DNA from: Phoronis australis
Lineage: Eukaryota > Animalia > Phoronida
DNA: 64,000 nt
NCBI GenBank assembly: GCA_002633005.1
Contig: NMRA01000008.1
Location: 1,390,584 to 1,454,583 of the forward strand
Direction: 5' to 3'
Shown piece after piece: positions 37,801-51,052 of this stretch (position 1 is the stretch's first letter; each line of letters starts with the position of its first letter). The notes beneath the pieces are model-generated. The model did not search any database, was not told where the DNA came from, and saw only the letters and a list, made by a program, of their open reading frames with translations. Made by a program: the position numbers and the translations under genes.

Positions 37801-40800
37801 CACTCTAGATGGATAACAACAGTTATTTGGTAGTCCGCTTGTCGAGTGGAGCTTTCGACAGTTCGGTGATAAAATTAAAAAAGAACGATAGTGAATAATC
37901 TAATTTGATAAAAGTAACTATCTCATATAGGCGTATTTTTAAAATCTTAATGACCTCTATATCGCCTGCTTATGCTGACGATAATCTCGACCCTAGATTA
38001 CCACTTGTCATCTTAATACTGATAGAAACATTGCCATTACCTTAGAATGCTTGACATTAAGAAAATCCTTCGGAAATTTCATGAAAAGGTTCTCCTGAGC
38101 TGATTTCTAGCAGATATCCGTACAGCACCTTTCTGCAGAACATCGACATTTCTTAGCCCAGATACAGGAATTTGAGCAAAATAACCAGCGATTTCCTTTT
38201 TAACCTGACACGCTGCCCAGCATGTCCGCTCTAAGACTCGTGGTCTACGCGTTCGTCACACACCAAACTCTTCAGGAGGTCGGTAGACGCGACACCCTGT
38301 GGGCGATTTGTGTTACATGGTTCTCGAGAGAAGGCGCCTCTGCCTTATAATTCATTTGGTGGCAACATTTTTTTGACAACACACGCCAACAATATTATGC
38401 CAGCCATAATTTGAATGTCTTGTTTTTGGTAAATGAACGCTTTTACCGTCTCTGTCGTGTTCGTTCAACCAGTACATGTAATTCGGTGCAGCCGATACCG
38501 TATACTTTATGATTTCCCCGAGGCGGCCTTGTTCCTGGATTTATACACTACCAGCTAATGTTTCGTACAGTTGGGTTTAAACATAATCCCATAATATTCC
38601 ACATATTTCCAGTGATACTAGGTTGTTCACCTTTCGTATAGCGGTTGACAATGCAAACACTAAAGTATGATAGACTTTGGCCTTGCATAACTAGATAGAG
38701 CAGCATCTATGCCCTCAATTGATCAATAGTATATGTGAGTACTACGAAGTACTACTGTCATTGTACCGTGTGAGCGCAGAAGTACATGTAGGTATATATC
38801 AGGGTGACAGATACACCGTAGACGCTTGTTTTCAAATGTTTTTTTTCAAAATGTGCAAACACTTGAAGATAGCTTGCCCTCGCCAGGTGTCCACTAGTGC
38901 TTTGTGGAGCGTGAACAATACTATCGGAGGCTGTGAACAATTCTTTGTTTTGTCTGTTTAGACAACTAGGAGTCTTTTGTTTTAAGTTGGAAATGTCAGG
39001 CTCTGCACCAAGTGATGGTACAAATCTTGTTATGTTGTGGCCTAATTTCTAGAGGGAAATAGGAAATCGAAAAAAGCTTGTGCACAGCAGACGGTACTGT
39101 CGATTCAAATATGTTAGCGCGTCGAGAGACCGGAATATTTTATGTGTTAATACCAGTCTAATCAACAGTGAAATAGATCCCGAATTTTGGTTCATTTGCA
39201 CGTACTGTATAACTTCGGCATCTTTTGAACGTGCGAACAGAACACCGGTAGGTAAATGAGTCTTAATTTCAAAATAAACAATAAGATAAAAGTGTGCTAT
39301 CAAAAAGGCTTGAAATCATCGACTTGTTTGAAATAAAGCATTAAGCACCATGTACAAGTGTTAGACGCACTGCGTTTCGTGGAAAGAAGTGAGGAGGTTA
39401 GTGTCCCGACTGAACCAAATCCTCGGCTTAGGTCACAAACGTATCAGTTGACTTGTTGTGCATCTAATGGATGATACGAAGTCGTATGATATATAGCATT
39501 CGTTTTACTAAGTATTATCTCACAGGACAAACAATCCGGAAATATATAAGATAAGAAATAAAAAGTGCAAGATAAAAGTTGACGTGTGAGTACCGAGACG
39601 ACACAACAGAGAGCGTTATATAGGGTTTTCATGGCGGTCGAGAAAAGCACGAGTTTAATTACGAGAGGCAGATTTAGAATGAACGTCAGAAGCTTCTGTA
39701 ACTATTAACGAAATATCCATTCCGTCTGTGTGTTCACTGGTCAATCCAGCTGAGATTATCTCGACTCAACGACCTTGACATTAGCTTAGTCGAAGATATA
39801 AATGAGAAAAATAATAAAAGAACGTGAAAATTGTCTCGGTTAAACAACTTTCCTTGAATCACTCTGCCTGAATTTTATTTGCAGATACTATTCTAAATGA
39901 GTTGGACTAACTCAGCTGACACTGGCGTGGTTTGTGCATTGTGCACTGTGAACCACTAAAATAGTGACATGATGCATCTATTTGAATGCAGAAGCCGTTT
40001 TGCTAAAAAATAGAAATGAGTCGAAATTGGCCAAACTAATGAATCATGCTTTGCAAATGATTTTTTAATTTACCCTGTTTTAGCGGAAGGCGTGGCGTCC
40101 ACAGGGTCTGTTCACAGAGATGTAGAAATAAATGTTTTTTGTTCCACGGGGCTAATTATGACGTATATTCCCTGACGGGAAATACCCCAGTTCTGGCGAG
40201 TGGTGGCTTAATTTAAAAGTTGAATGCTTTTGACCATTTCTGTTTTCTGTCTTCGAATTAGCGGTCGCGTTTCAACCAAGTGTTGCAATCACACTCTTGG
40301 TGATAACAAACGGTTTCCGTGTCATATGGAAGATGAAGATGACAGGGAAATTGATGGTTTTGTCAGATAATCCAAGTCCATATCTGCTGGTGATCTCTAG
40401 AGACATGTAAGCCTGCGACGAAATCAACGCCTGGTTATGTCAGTGTTTGTTGCGATAATTGGTCGTTACAGGCAAATATTTTTGACATTATTTCCTATGA
40501 CATATCCTCCAACCATTCTCGTCTATTGTCTCGTGAAAGTTCTTACAAATACTTGGCAGGTTTCTCAGTGGTAGGAGTGCTCTCCCGGCGATTCTCCCAT
40601 AGAGTTATTTTGGACAACAATAGTCACAGGATAAAGTCATTCTCACTTCGAAGGCCCAATTTGGTAGCATACTTTTGTGGCAGGGTGCGCCCGAGGGAAA
40701 GTCCTCAGCTCGCCTGTTAGGCGTAACACTGTGCATAGATCGACCGTTACGGTTAGTCCTCGGGCTATTGAATTAGGACAGTAAGTGCCAAGTGCACCCT

Positions 40801-41619
40801 AACATTAGATAACTATTGGGTGATCATCATGATTAAGTGTGCCCGTGGAGAGAGATCAAAACACTTAGACCGGTGGTTTGTCGAAACTCATCCCTCAAGA
40901 CACGGCAACTGGGCTTGCAATGACATTCAATTCTTGAAACTCAGTTGCCCCAGGGGAGCTTCCCCCGAGAATGACTGGGTACGCCGCAGAAAAGGGTGCA
41001 ATTTGTCAAAACCAAGCGCAAGAGTGCGTTAGCGTCTCGTAGTAAGGTAAGAGACAATACCGTAAAATCTCCTACATAAGGCCACCGACACACATACAAT
41101 GATGCCTGATCAATAGAAGAACATATCGTTTTTTCGGTCCTAAGGCCACTGGTTATTTTTCTGGTGTTTTCAGCCAGTGAAACATGAGAAAGCAATTCAG
41201 CATGTGTTGTAAAGTTAAGTCATAACCTTATTGAATGATGCATTTTTTGCGGATATTAAAAATGAAACGATCCCGAACATAGATTTATTGCTATATGTTT
41301 GAATGTGGGGGATTTTACTGCACGACTGTGTTGCGACGTCTTGTGATTGGACGTTCAAGCAATCGCATCCCATTCCCGTTCGGTCGCAACATATTACACA
41401 GTGTCACGTGTCCGGGTGCATGAAACACTCCAATAGATGCTCAACTATGTTTCGTAAATGTTCAGCGTATCGATGTGTTGTCTTTGTTTATATAATAACG
41501 TCATATTTTTTTAACAAATTATCTTCATTTTGAAACCTTCTTTCACTTTTTATAATTTTAATAGTAATATATGAGAAAACTGAGCCCTTATTTCGTTTTA
41601 AAAATACTGTCATTAATTA

Positions 41620-41816
41620 GGGCCATTGCATGAAAAGTTCTTGTTAAATTTCAACGATAAGTTTAGAATTTAACTTAGAGTTTAGTCTGGCTGTATATCA
41701 AAGCTAGAACCTGACGTAGCGATGAAGATAAAATATCGGAAGTCTACAAATGCGCTAAAAATTCAGGGAAGATAGATGAGTACCAATCCTTCTGGCTATT
41801 TCATGAAAGCGGGCAC
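41620..41816. mobile_element. Decayed MITE, family C copy 1
   Basis: Imperfect TIR GGGCCATTGCATGAAA / TTTCATGAAAGCGGGC. The 3' half (GAAGTCTACAAATGCGCTAAAAATTCAGGGAA) matches 46655-46732. Confidence 0.6.
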
Positions 41817-44800
41817 TTATTGCTAATTAGCTGTTCCATTATATTCACTGTTGTACAAAATCGTGCTGCTAAATGGTGACTGGATGCTGGCCACAAAATT
41901 ACGTTGAGTTACGTTTTTGTTCGTGACAACCGGATGTGGGGTGTTAATTTTTGTCGCTGAAATATTTTCAGTATGCACGAATGTAGAGTCAACAGTACAA
42001 TAACGTCGACAAATGGGCAAAGTGACCGCCGCGCCATCGTTCCCAGGGTACCGACTGTACTGAATCCGTGCTACCGATACCTGACCTAATAAACCCTGTA
42101 AATATTTTACAAACATTCCTCCGTATTGATGAACAAAGATCATTGTAACCCAATATTCTAGACAGACCCCCGACAGAACACTGTGTCCTATATCGATTGG
42201 GCGACGTGTCAATGTTTTTTTACTTTCCTCGTCCACAAAAGAAAGTGTGTCCCTCCTCTGGTTGCTAGACGGACCGATGTCTCCGCCGTATGTTATTTGG
42301 AATGCTGGCGATGAAATTTGACAGTACGAATCAACATTACTTTGTTATGTGGGTATTAGAATTGCTACAACCACTACACTGAGTTTCCTTTTCTTCACAA
42401 CAGTTCATTTTAGACAGCCAAATTACTCCGAAATTTGCAAAACAAAATGTCTCTAAAATACAAAAAAAGGCTAAAAATAGTGGTTATATGGTGACTGAGA
42501 CTGTCAGTTCAGTAAAGAATTTTTCTGCCATTGAACTGTCGTGCCCCTACTTTTCGTGTTTCATCTCAGACTCTGCCACCTACCGAGAAGCCAACGTAAC
42601 TATACATAAACACATACATTAAAGGTCAATTTGAACAAGTTTCTGTTCGTTTGGATGTTTTAACTATCGCAATGATAAAAACTACATTACTCGAAGAAAA
42701 CATCATTGGACAAATAAGTGTGACATTTCGCGCCACCTTGTGTCGCTGCGAGAACACACTAAAAGCAACCATAACACTTTCAACCATCGTCATGATATTG
42801 GATAAGTCAAGTATTAGGCAGTGAAATGATAAAACTGCATTTTGCCGCCGTTCAGCTGTTAATGTTGGAATTCTTGACCAAAGCACTTTGAGGTATAAAA
42901 ATTTCGATAGTTCCATCCCATCTTGAGTTACTGCCAAATGCGATGGGAACTCCAAGTGACAGGCGTGCAACTTTCCAACCCGCAGTTTTAGGGTTGGCCA
43001 ATTCTAACTAATTTTGAAGCGTTTTCTCCTGTCGTTGTTGGTTTCGATGTTGTTGCTGGTAACGGAAATAGAGTTATGTTGCGGTAAGGAATCTCATGAC
43101 TGACACCCAAAATGGATAGTTGTCTTTAAGCCAGGGCGAAATGCAGTTATATATTCTCATCGACAGTGTTTTGAGGAAGGATAGGCAACCATTGTACAAG
43201 ATAGAAATCCTTACCTGTAAATTACGTATATGATCCTGGTCATTCCCAGTTGTTTCCAATCCGATCAATGTCACTAATATCCAATGCCCAGCAATAGAAA
43301 CTTTCAGCGATTTCTGTCATTTTAGACAGGACCTTATTCATTCCTTAAGAGTCCATGTTATCAAATGCATTCACGGTGTCCACAAAACTGTTGTTTGTTT
43401 CTAAGACGACGTAATGTGGATGTTGTTGTAGGTTCTTGTATCTGAAGAAAGAAGCCGTAGTCAGTCATTGTGAGAAATATCACAGTCCATTCATTTGATA
43501 TGACGATTTTATTTCCATTTTAACGTATCGAAGATCGATATTTTGTTGAAATCAAACACGTCACAAAGATCAATTAAACTAATTTTTCACTGCAAGACGT
43601 TGGACATTTATTTCAATTAAATGTAGATAACCAAAAATTAATTGTTCATAGTTAACGTGACACTATTTTCCGAATTGAAAATGTGCTGTCAGTAATGATG
43701 TTAGTATGAGACCAAGAGCAAAGGCGCATCAAAATAATTAATGGCAATAGTGGGTGGGAAATATTATTATTAATTATATTAATGATAACCATGGAAACAA
43801 CCAAATACAACAACAACATCGATCACTTTAGTTCTTTGTCAAATTATCATAAAAAATCTGAAATCCAGCGGCCGCCGAAAACTTTACGTTTTATAAAAAC
43901 ACAATACAAACAGGAGCCATGACGAGGCAAAAGAGAAGAGATTGTCAAAGAATTGGCAGCGAAAGGAAAGGGCAACACGATGGACAACGATCGACTACAC
44001 AGAGAACAAGTCATCGCTACAGCAGTAACAACTGATATTTCGGTTCTCTTTTGCCTGATGATGTTCTTATGTAAAAGTGAAACGTTGCGTCTGTTTTTAA
44101 ATAAGTAGTAATGTTTTCGGTAGCTGTGGTAGTTGTCAGGTTTTCGATAATAACAATATTAATGGTAAAAATAGAATACTGATAGTGACAATGTTGATAA
44201 TGATAATGAAACGCTTGATGTAATGATTGGTATTCACTGTAAGATGTTTAATTTTGATAGCCTCGCATATCTCGTGCCATATAATGGACAGGATAGAATT
44301 AGGCAGTCAATGAATATACGATTTAAGAGAATGAGCAGCATTAGATAAGGTAGCATTAGATAAGGTATGACACAGTTCGAAAAAATGTTACCTGATATTC
44401 TGGTTTCTGAGCATCCAAATCACAAGTACCTTGAAACTTGCTAACGTTAACGCGATTTTTCGAATTTTTTTGAGCTGTCGTTCGTTTTAAATTTCCTATG
44501 TGCCCAAGCAAGGCACACGTCACTGCATGCGTACAACCGTGAACAAACTAGCCGTGTTCACCTTAAATCCTTAGTTACCTGCCTAGCTCAGGTTTCACGT
44601 CAGTTTTATGAAATGCCAGAAATACCAATGTGTATTAATACTTTAAAAATGTCCTGGATATCAATCCCGTAAAAACTGTTCATGTCCAATAAATTCCGTG
44701 TCTATTGTTTTTTGCCTCAACCAAAGCCAGTAAGTCCAAATTCGAGTGCAGTATTTGTTTGTTTTAAAACGAAGGCAGTGTTGTTTTTTAGTCGGCTCCT

Positions 44801-46125
44801 CAATACATGTCATAGCATTAAAGCAATTATAGATTTAATCTGGCCATTATCGGATGGCGGCCCTGATAAAATACCTATAATAAGATCACCACAAATTGGC
44901 CGCTAAATACATTAAAAGAATTCCTTTGTAAATTCAACTTACAAAACAAGACGGGATAGGGTTGCACGTCTACAGTCTGACGTATTGAAACTGATAAACC
45001 AGTTATATTACTCGGTACAAATTGTTGTTCAGATGGGTATTATTGTTAGGTGAATATTTTCGCCAGTCGATGAGAACGCCGTTCAGTGTTCAGAACAAAC
45101 ACAGCCTGACACCGGGTTTAAACTGGCCCTCCCGGTCAATAGAGAATATTAATAAATGTATTCGTTTCTCGCCTAATTTGGCGTCACATATTGTTACCCC
45201 CAGGACATTCCAAACTCCAGATATTTTAGATATAGAGTTGCACCTATTTATTTTGATATCAACACAACTGGAATTAAAATGTATCGTTTAAAAGTGGACT
45301 CGGGATGGTATTTACAAGTCTCTGTGCTCATGCATGTAATAAGGCGTGCTGAGACTACGTCATTTGTGCAACAGAAACTTGTGTTTTATATACATCCAGT
45401 TGTAGTTAAATTTTTGGTATGTCTATCACTGATAACAACTCTCCTCGGGGTGGCGAAACAATTAAAGCTACATTTCGCCCTGCCTAGATGGTTAAAAGGC
45501 GAAAGTCGAATTAAGCAATTTACTTTCATAAAATTGGTCTCTTGATATTTCTTATCTTAATAAGATTCTCTTTCTAGTCATCAAAATCATGTGCGACTAG
45601 AGAAAAAGCTTCAAAACTTACTGCGAATTCGAATATGGCGCACGTGCGTACACATTGCATGTGACTCGAATTGCTGGCCCGTACTGCAACAATTGGAGAT
45701 CAGATGACCGTGGTACTGTTTTGAAATCCTAGAGTGCTTCATTAAGATAAAAAATTATCGTTGGCAGCTAAACACGTCGAAATGCATCTTTAATTGGTCG
45801 GTTCCATAAATACTAGCTCAGCTGACTGGATCTCTGTGTCCAGTGGCTAGACTCTGTCCGTCCTGAATGTATTGGGGACAAGCATCCGAGCCCGTATATA
45901 TTCTAATGCATGTGACGGTTGTCGTTTTTGTAGCATAATATACTCGCAACTGAAAGCTAGACTAAGTGCAGCCACGTGCTTCGCGTGGCCTGCATGGCGA
46001 CATCTCGCGAAGGCTTCCATACTTGGCGGATCTCTCCTAGCTCCCGAGAAACTAGCCTGAGGCAAGAATCCAGGATTCTTGCATTGGAAATCTGATCATG
46101 TGATAGGAGGGGGAGGGGGAGGCAG

Positions 46126-46515
46126 NNNNNNNNNNNNNNNNNNNNNNNNNNNNNNNNNNNNNNNNNNNNNNNNNNNNNNNNNNNNNNNNNNNNNNNNNNN
46201 NNNNNNNNNNNNNNNNNNNNNNNNNNNNNNNNNNNNNNNNNNNNNNNNNNNNNNNNNNNNNNNNNNNNNNNNNNNNNNNNNNNNNNNNNNNNNNNNNNNN
46301 NNNNNNNNNNNNNNNNNNNNNNNNNNNNNNNNNNNNNNNNNNNNNNNNNNNNNNNNNNNNNNNNNNNNNNNNNNNNNNNNNNNNNNNNNNNNNNNNNNNN
46401 NNNNNNNNNNNNNNNNNNNNNNNNNNNNNNNNNNNNNNNNNNNNNNNNNNNNNNNNNNNNNNNNNNNNNNNNNNNNNNNNNNNNNNNNNNNNNNNNNNNN
46501 NNNNNNNNNNNNNNN
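46126..46515. other. Assembly gap (390 N)
   Basis: Run of N flanked by purine-rich simple repeats. Confidence 1.
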
Positions 46516-46523
46516 GAGAGGGA

Positions 46524-46578
<55 letters not shown>
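46516..46578. repeat. (GA)n microsatellite abutting the gap
   Basis: Direct reading. Confidence 0.98.
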
Positions 46579-46582
<4 letters not shown>

Positions 46583-46654
46583 GAGTAGAAATGTGTGCAA
46601 AAGAGAATCTCAAATTAAAGATAAATTGTTAGAAAAATAAAACTTTAGTGAGTA

Positions 46655-46732
46655 AACGAAGTCTACAGATGCGCTGAAATTTTAGGGAAAATTGCTGAGT
46701 CCCAATTGGGACTGTTTCATGCAACGGAGCAC
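46655..46732. mobile_element. Decayed MITE, family C partial copy 2
   Basis: GAAGTCTACAGATGCGCTGAAATTTTAGGGAA...TTTCATGCAACGGAGCAC aligns with 41738-41816. Confidence 0.6.
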
Positions 46733-48417
46733 GAATATTTGCGATGTAGTGCCGCCGGGGTCTGTCGCGGCTGTTCGCAGTCTCAGGTGATTGCCGATAG
46801 CTCATTAATCTTCTCATCAAAAACTAGTGCGGTGCAGCAGGATAGTGTGCAGGTGCGTTCCGTAAACACAAGGCTCGCATGAAAAAACAAGGCCGCCACG
46901 TCAGATCTCGCACGTGAAAGGCGAATGTTTCGCGAGTGAGTACCTTATTAGCATACACCCCCAAAATGGCAGCCACTGAAGTGATTAGTCGCCAAAAATG
47001 TGGAATTAATAGGATAAAATTCTGTGTTTCGGACCCTTAGCGAAAATTTTTCACGAGCGTCTTGCGCCTACGGAACGCAGTTCACGTTGAGGCTCATACG
47101 GGTCAGTCTTTGAATATCTGAATTATTCAAACGCCTCATTGCAGGAGGAACACTGAGTTCGGGTCAGTCTTGGGCTGTTTCGTCACCCTGGAGGTATCTG
47201 GCTTCGACCAAGAATGACGCATGCACACCTCCCTTTTTCAAATGCTTCGTGATCACTGCAGATGTGTCAATGCAATTTATAGCAACATCTGATGCACCTT
47301 TCCGAACTCAATGGCATGTTTATTGTCTCGGCAACTCGCCTAAACGTTTTTAACCAGAACCAGTAAACAACGTCTTATAAAAACAGTTAGACGCGATGTT
47401 TTAGCAACAGTCTAGGGATTACGGCAGACTGTATTAAAGTCATTTTTCATGAGAACTATCCTCGCATATGGAAATGTTGAAATATTTCAATTTCCCTGAC
47501 CACTTTAGTTGTAACAAATGTCTGTCCCTGCGGCAGTTAAAAACAACAACTGGTGCTTGTTTCGTATTAGCGTCATTAACGTTCCATCAACTATTTAACT
47601 CCATAGCCGAATCACGTGACGTGTTTGTGAAGAACCGGACCTCCTAAACACGCGTATCTATGCCGAAGACCCTTTGTACAGCACCATATGACGGTCACGT
47701 GTTATGCCTAATTTTCAGAGCGTTGCCCCTGTTTAATTTTAAATTTATCGATTTGTTACGCTATCATGACAATTGCTTTAGAATGATCAAAAGTTTCACC
47801 AATCATGTTTGTGCTCATCAGTCTCAGTAAAAGGCTCGATCAAAAGATGACGCACATTAAAGAAGGCCTACATGTCGGCCACCAATCTGAGCACTAACGT
47901 TGCATTACTAACCTCTGGAATAACACAAGTGCGGACATCGACTTACATAAACAAAATAGAAACTTATGAATTTTTGAAAGAAGTCCGATTTTACCCAAGC
48001 TCTTGACTATTGACTGAATGCACAGTTTGTAAACTTTGTTGATGTGTTCGATTTTTGCGGCGCGTGCACGATCTCTAATAAACAATTTAGTGGGACTTAG
48101 TTGTGCAACGCTGTTACGTCTAGTCCCTGACGAAGTTTACTTTTCTCCCACTCGAAATTGCCCTCGTTTGATAAGACTGGTCTGCCACGAAACTTCGTCA
48201 ACCTCAGTTATGTAAGTATCCTTGTGCTTATTGACCACTTAGCACCGTGAGGTGTAAGAAGTAACGGATTAGCACCTTCGTGTCATTTATGTTCTCTTCA
48301 CACTACAAAGTCAACAAAGTAGAGTATAAACAATAATAGATTAGACACCAATAAATTACAGGGACATCAAAAATGTTGCCTTATTTTCTAACAGGTAGAT
48401 TTGTTATAAGCCTATTA

Positions 48418-48548
48418 CAAAGGCGGGTCCAGGGGGGACAAGGGTGTCCGGACCCCTCTTTTTCCCTTGGTTTTAGTGATATCAAATCTAGAATTTTCAA
48501 ATTGTTGACTTGGACCTCCCCTTATAAAAAATCATGGATCCGCCCTTG
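48418..48548. mobile_element. MITE with CAA(A/G)GGCGG(G/A)TCCA TIR, flanked by TA
   Basis: CAAAGGCGGGTCCA ... TGGATCCGCCCTTG with TA on both sides (possible target-site duplication). Confidence 0.75.
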
Positions 48549-50836
48549 TATTATCATTCCCAAGTTCTAATTCTGTGCTCGCCTCTTTGCTTGAGAAATG
48601 GCAGCGCTCAACAGCGTTGACATCTGCGCTCATCCTGCAAAACTGTCAATAAGGAGTTTCCAGTGAAGCACAGAAAGTCCGAATTGTATGGTTGGTGTAT
48701 ACGATGTGTCAAAGGTCGGGCTAATATGAAAACAATCGGGAGTCTGTTTCGTGCAAAGTGACTTAAAACTTCAGACAGAACTTTGGTGTTACGCTCCCAT
48801 TTCACAATTGGTAAAGGTTTAGCCAAGTAACTACGAGCTCATCACAGTGTAGAAACAATGTATAGAAATTATCTCCGTTATTAGCAGTCACGTGTATATT
48901 CTCAGAAACTTTGCAATTTGCTCAAGTGAGATTCAATTATTTTTCAGAAATAGTTGAGTGGAACGTAAGACCAAATTTCTGACTTAAGTCTTAAGTCATT
49001 TTTCATGAAACAGACCCCAGTATGTTTCACGGCATAAATACGAAAAAGGATAAGAACGGCTTTGGCATATTAAGCTGAGATAGAAACGCCACCAGAACTC
49101 TTTCTTGTAAACTCTTTATCTTTGAAACAAAATGCTGGTCTAAACCCTTCTCCAAACCAAGAGGAGAGAGAACTTCGTAAAGATTTTGTTAAATCTGGGT
49201 TACTTTAATGGACGATTGTGGGAAAACATTCCAACTTCAAACCACAGATCCTACTTTGTGGTTATTTTCTTGGGAGTTTGGCCAGATCACGCGAGTCGTC
49301 GCGAGATATCGCCGTGTATTGATATCACTACGCGTGATGTCATTTACAATAGCAAATTAGAAAAACGTTTGGCAGATACTCTTACTGTCCGACTGCACGT
49401 ACAATATCGAGACGATATTCCGTGAATGTATAGGTAGTAAATTCAAACTGGGTCCCGTTCGAGTTTTGGAACACCCTGTCAACTACAAGCGTCTGCCCTA
49501 GACGGGGCTTTAATGTACGCGGTCTTGTGGTACCCGTGTGAACACGACCATGCGGTGGCCACACGCGACGATTGTCGTACCATTCACGTGGTAAGTCTAT
49601 GTAACTTGAGAAACAACGGGAGACATTTCCAATATTTGAACACAACGTGTCTATACACTATATCGGCTGATTTAAAACGCACTGCTTCACCTGTGCATGG
49701 GTAGTTTCCAACCGGTAGGGCAAAAATGTCAACAGAAGGTTTAAATACGTTAGCCTTGTAATTCTCTTAAAGAGATCTGATTGCTTATCAAATAATTAGA
49801 TAAGAGCACCTACCTTGATACATCACTTTAGCTATGAAAATTAATAAGGTCTTCAAATATTTTTCTAATTATGAGGTAATTTCAATCAGTTTTCACACAC
49901 GAAGCTTTAAATTTGGTTTTTAAAGCAAACAAATTCATTTCGGCTCAAGACATGATCATTGTGACAACAAATGTCAATAAAGCTTAAAAATTCTTGCTTG
50001 GAGAGTTAAACTGGTTATTATAGTCTCATATCCATAGAAGTGAGTCCTTTGTTTTTCTCACTAGTATTCACAACGCTTTCTGGTACGTTTCTCGTGTCAT
50101 TATAACTTTCGGGCAATAAACCCAGTCTCTTCACGTTAGAATATAAACTGGAACTGAGCCTGCCAATGGGAGTTTCCATATATTAATACTACATACCATG
50201 TACTGGCTACCCTTACAAACATCGTGAGCCACTCTGAGCAGCTTTATAGCCAATTGTAACAACGAGGGCGTTTTTCACATTAGAAATGTGCAATTTCTGC
50301 CCTTTTGTGAACAGACAACACGGAAGTCAAAACTTACGCCTACTTGCGCTATCTGTTTCCGAATCAGCCTCGTCGGTTTTGGCTTCGTAGTTTCGAAAAA
50401 ATAAAAAGTTTGAATTTTATTGACTTATTTTCGAGAAATTATAAGCTTTAAAGCGACTATAAACCATCGTTCTGTCCAAGGAAGAAATTTTGAATTTAGA
50501 CCACTCACAGCTGTGAAATTCGTCTCAATTAATACCTTGCTAGGACGAAAAATGATTTCCGGCTCTACAAAGATCTGTCAGTTAGAGACCATGCTCGGCG
50601 CAAGAAGTGACACCTCGCGGCACGCCAACTTGCAAAGCATGGTCTCAAGCAATAACGAACTTTTAGTCATCACCTACAATTTGATAACGAGACTTGAGAC
50701 GAACTTCCGTTCTCTAGTTGCTTACTAACTTACTATGATCAATGCCTACGCTACTTAAGAGTTTTAAATATTATTTACTTGAAATGGTTTACGTACCCAG
50801 GATGCCTTGCACCAGGCGCCCTCACGTGGTAGTTTC

Positions 50837-51052
50837 TATCGTTAGTCAAACAGGTGAACGTTACTTATGTGAATTACGTGCGTAAATTAACTTTAATTTA
50901 ATCCGTAAAGAATCAATTTACGCCGCCAACTAGATTTAATTCGCACCGTTAAAAGTTAATTTACGCCGCAAATAATTAATTTACGCCACAAACAAGAATT
51001 AGTTTACGCACGTAATTTACCTGCGTAACGTTCACCCACTTGGCCAACGATA
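50837..51052. mobile_element. Foldback-type MITE with ~55-bp TIRs and internal tandem subrepeats
   Basis: TATCGTTAGTCAAACAGGTGAACGTTAC..AATTACGTGCGTAAA versus its reverse complement at the right end. Internal AATTTACGCC(G/A)CAA units spaced ~22-45 nt apart; TA at both ends. Confidence 0.8.

Noticed and set aside
45957-46613. Longest ORFs in the track (169-218 aa)
   Set aside because: Artefacts of the N gap and (GA)n repeat.
47780-47830. CUGAUGA...GAAA on the minus strand
   Set aside because: Neither stem I nor stem II can be formed convincingly.
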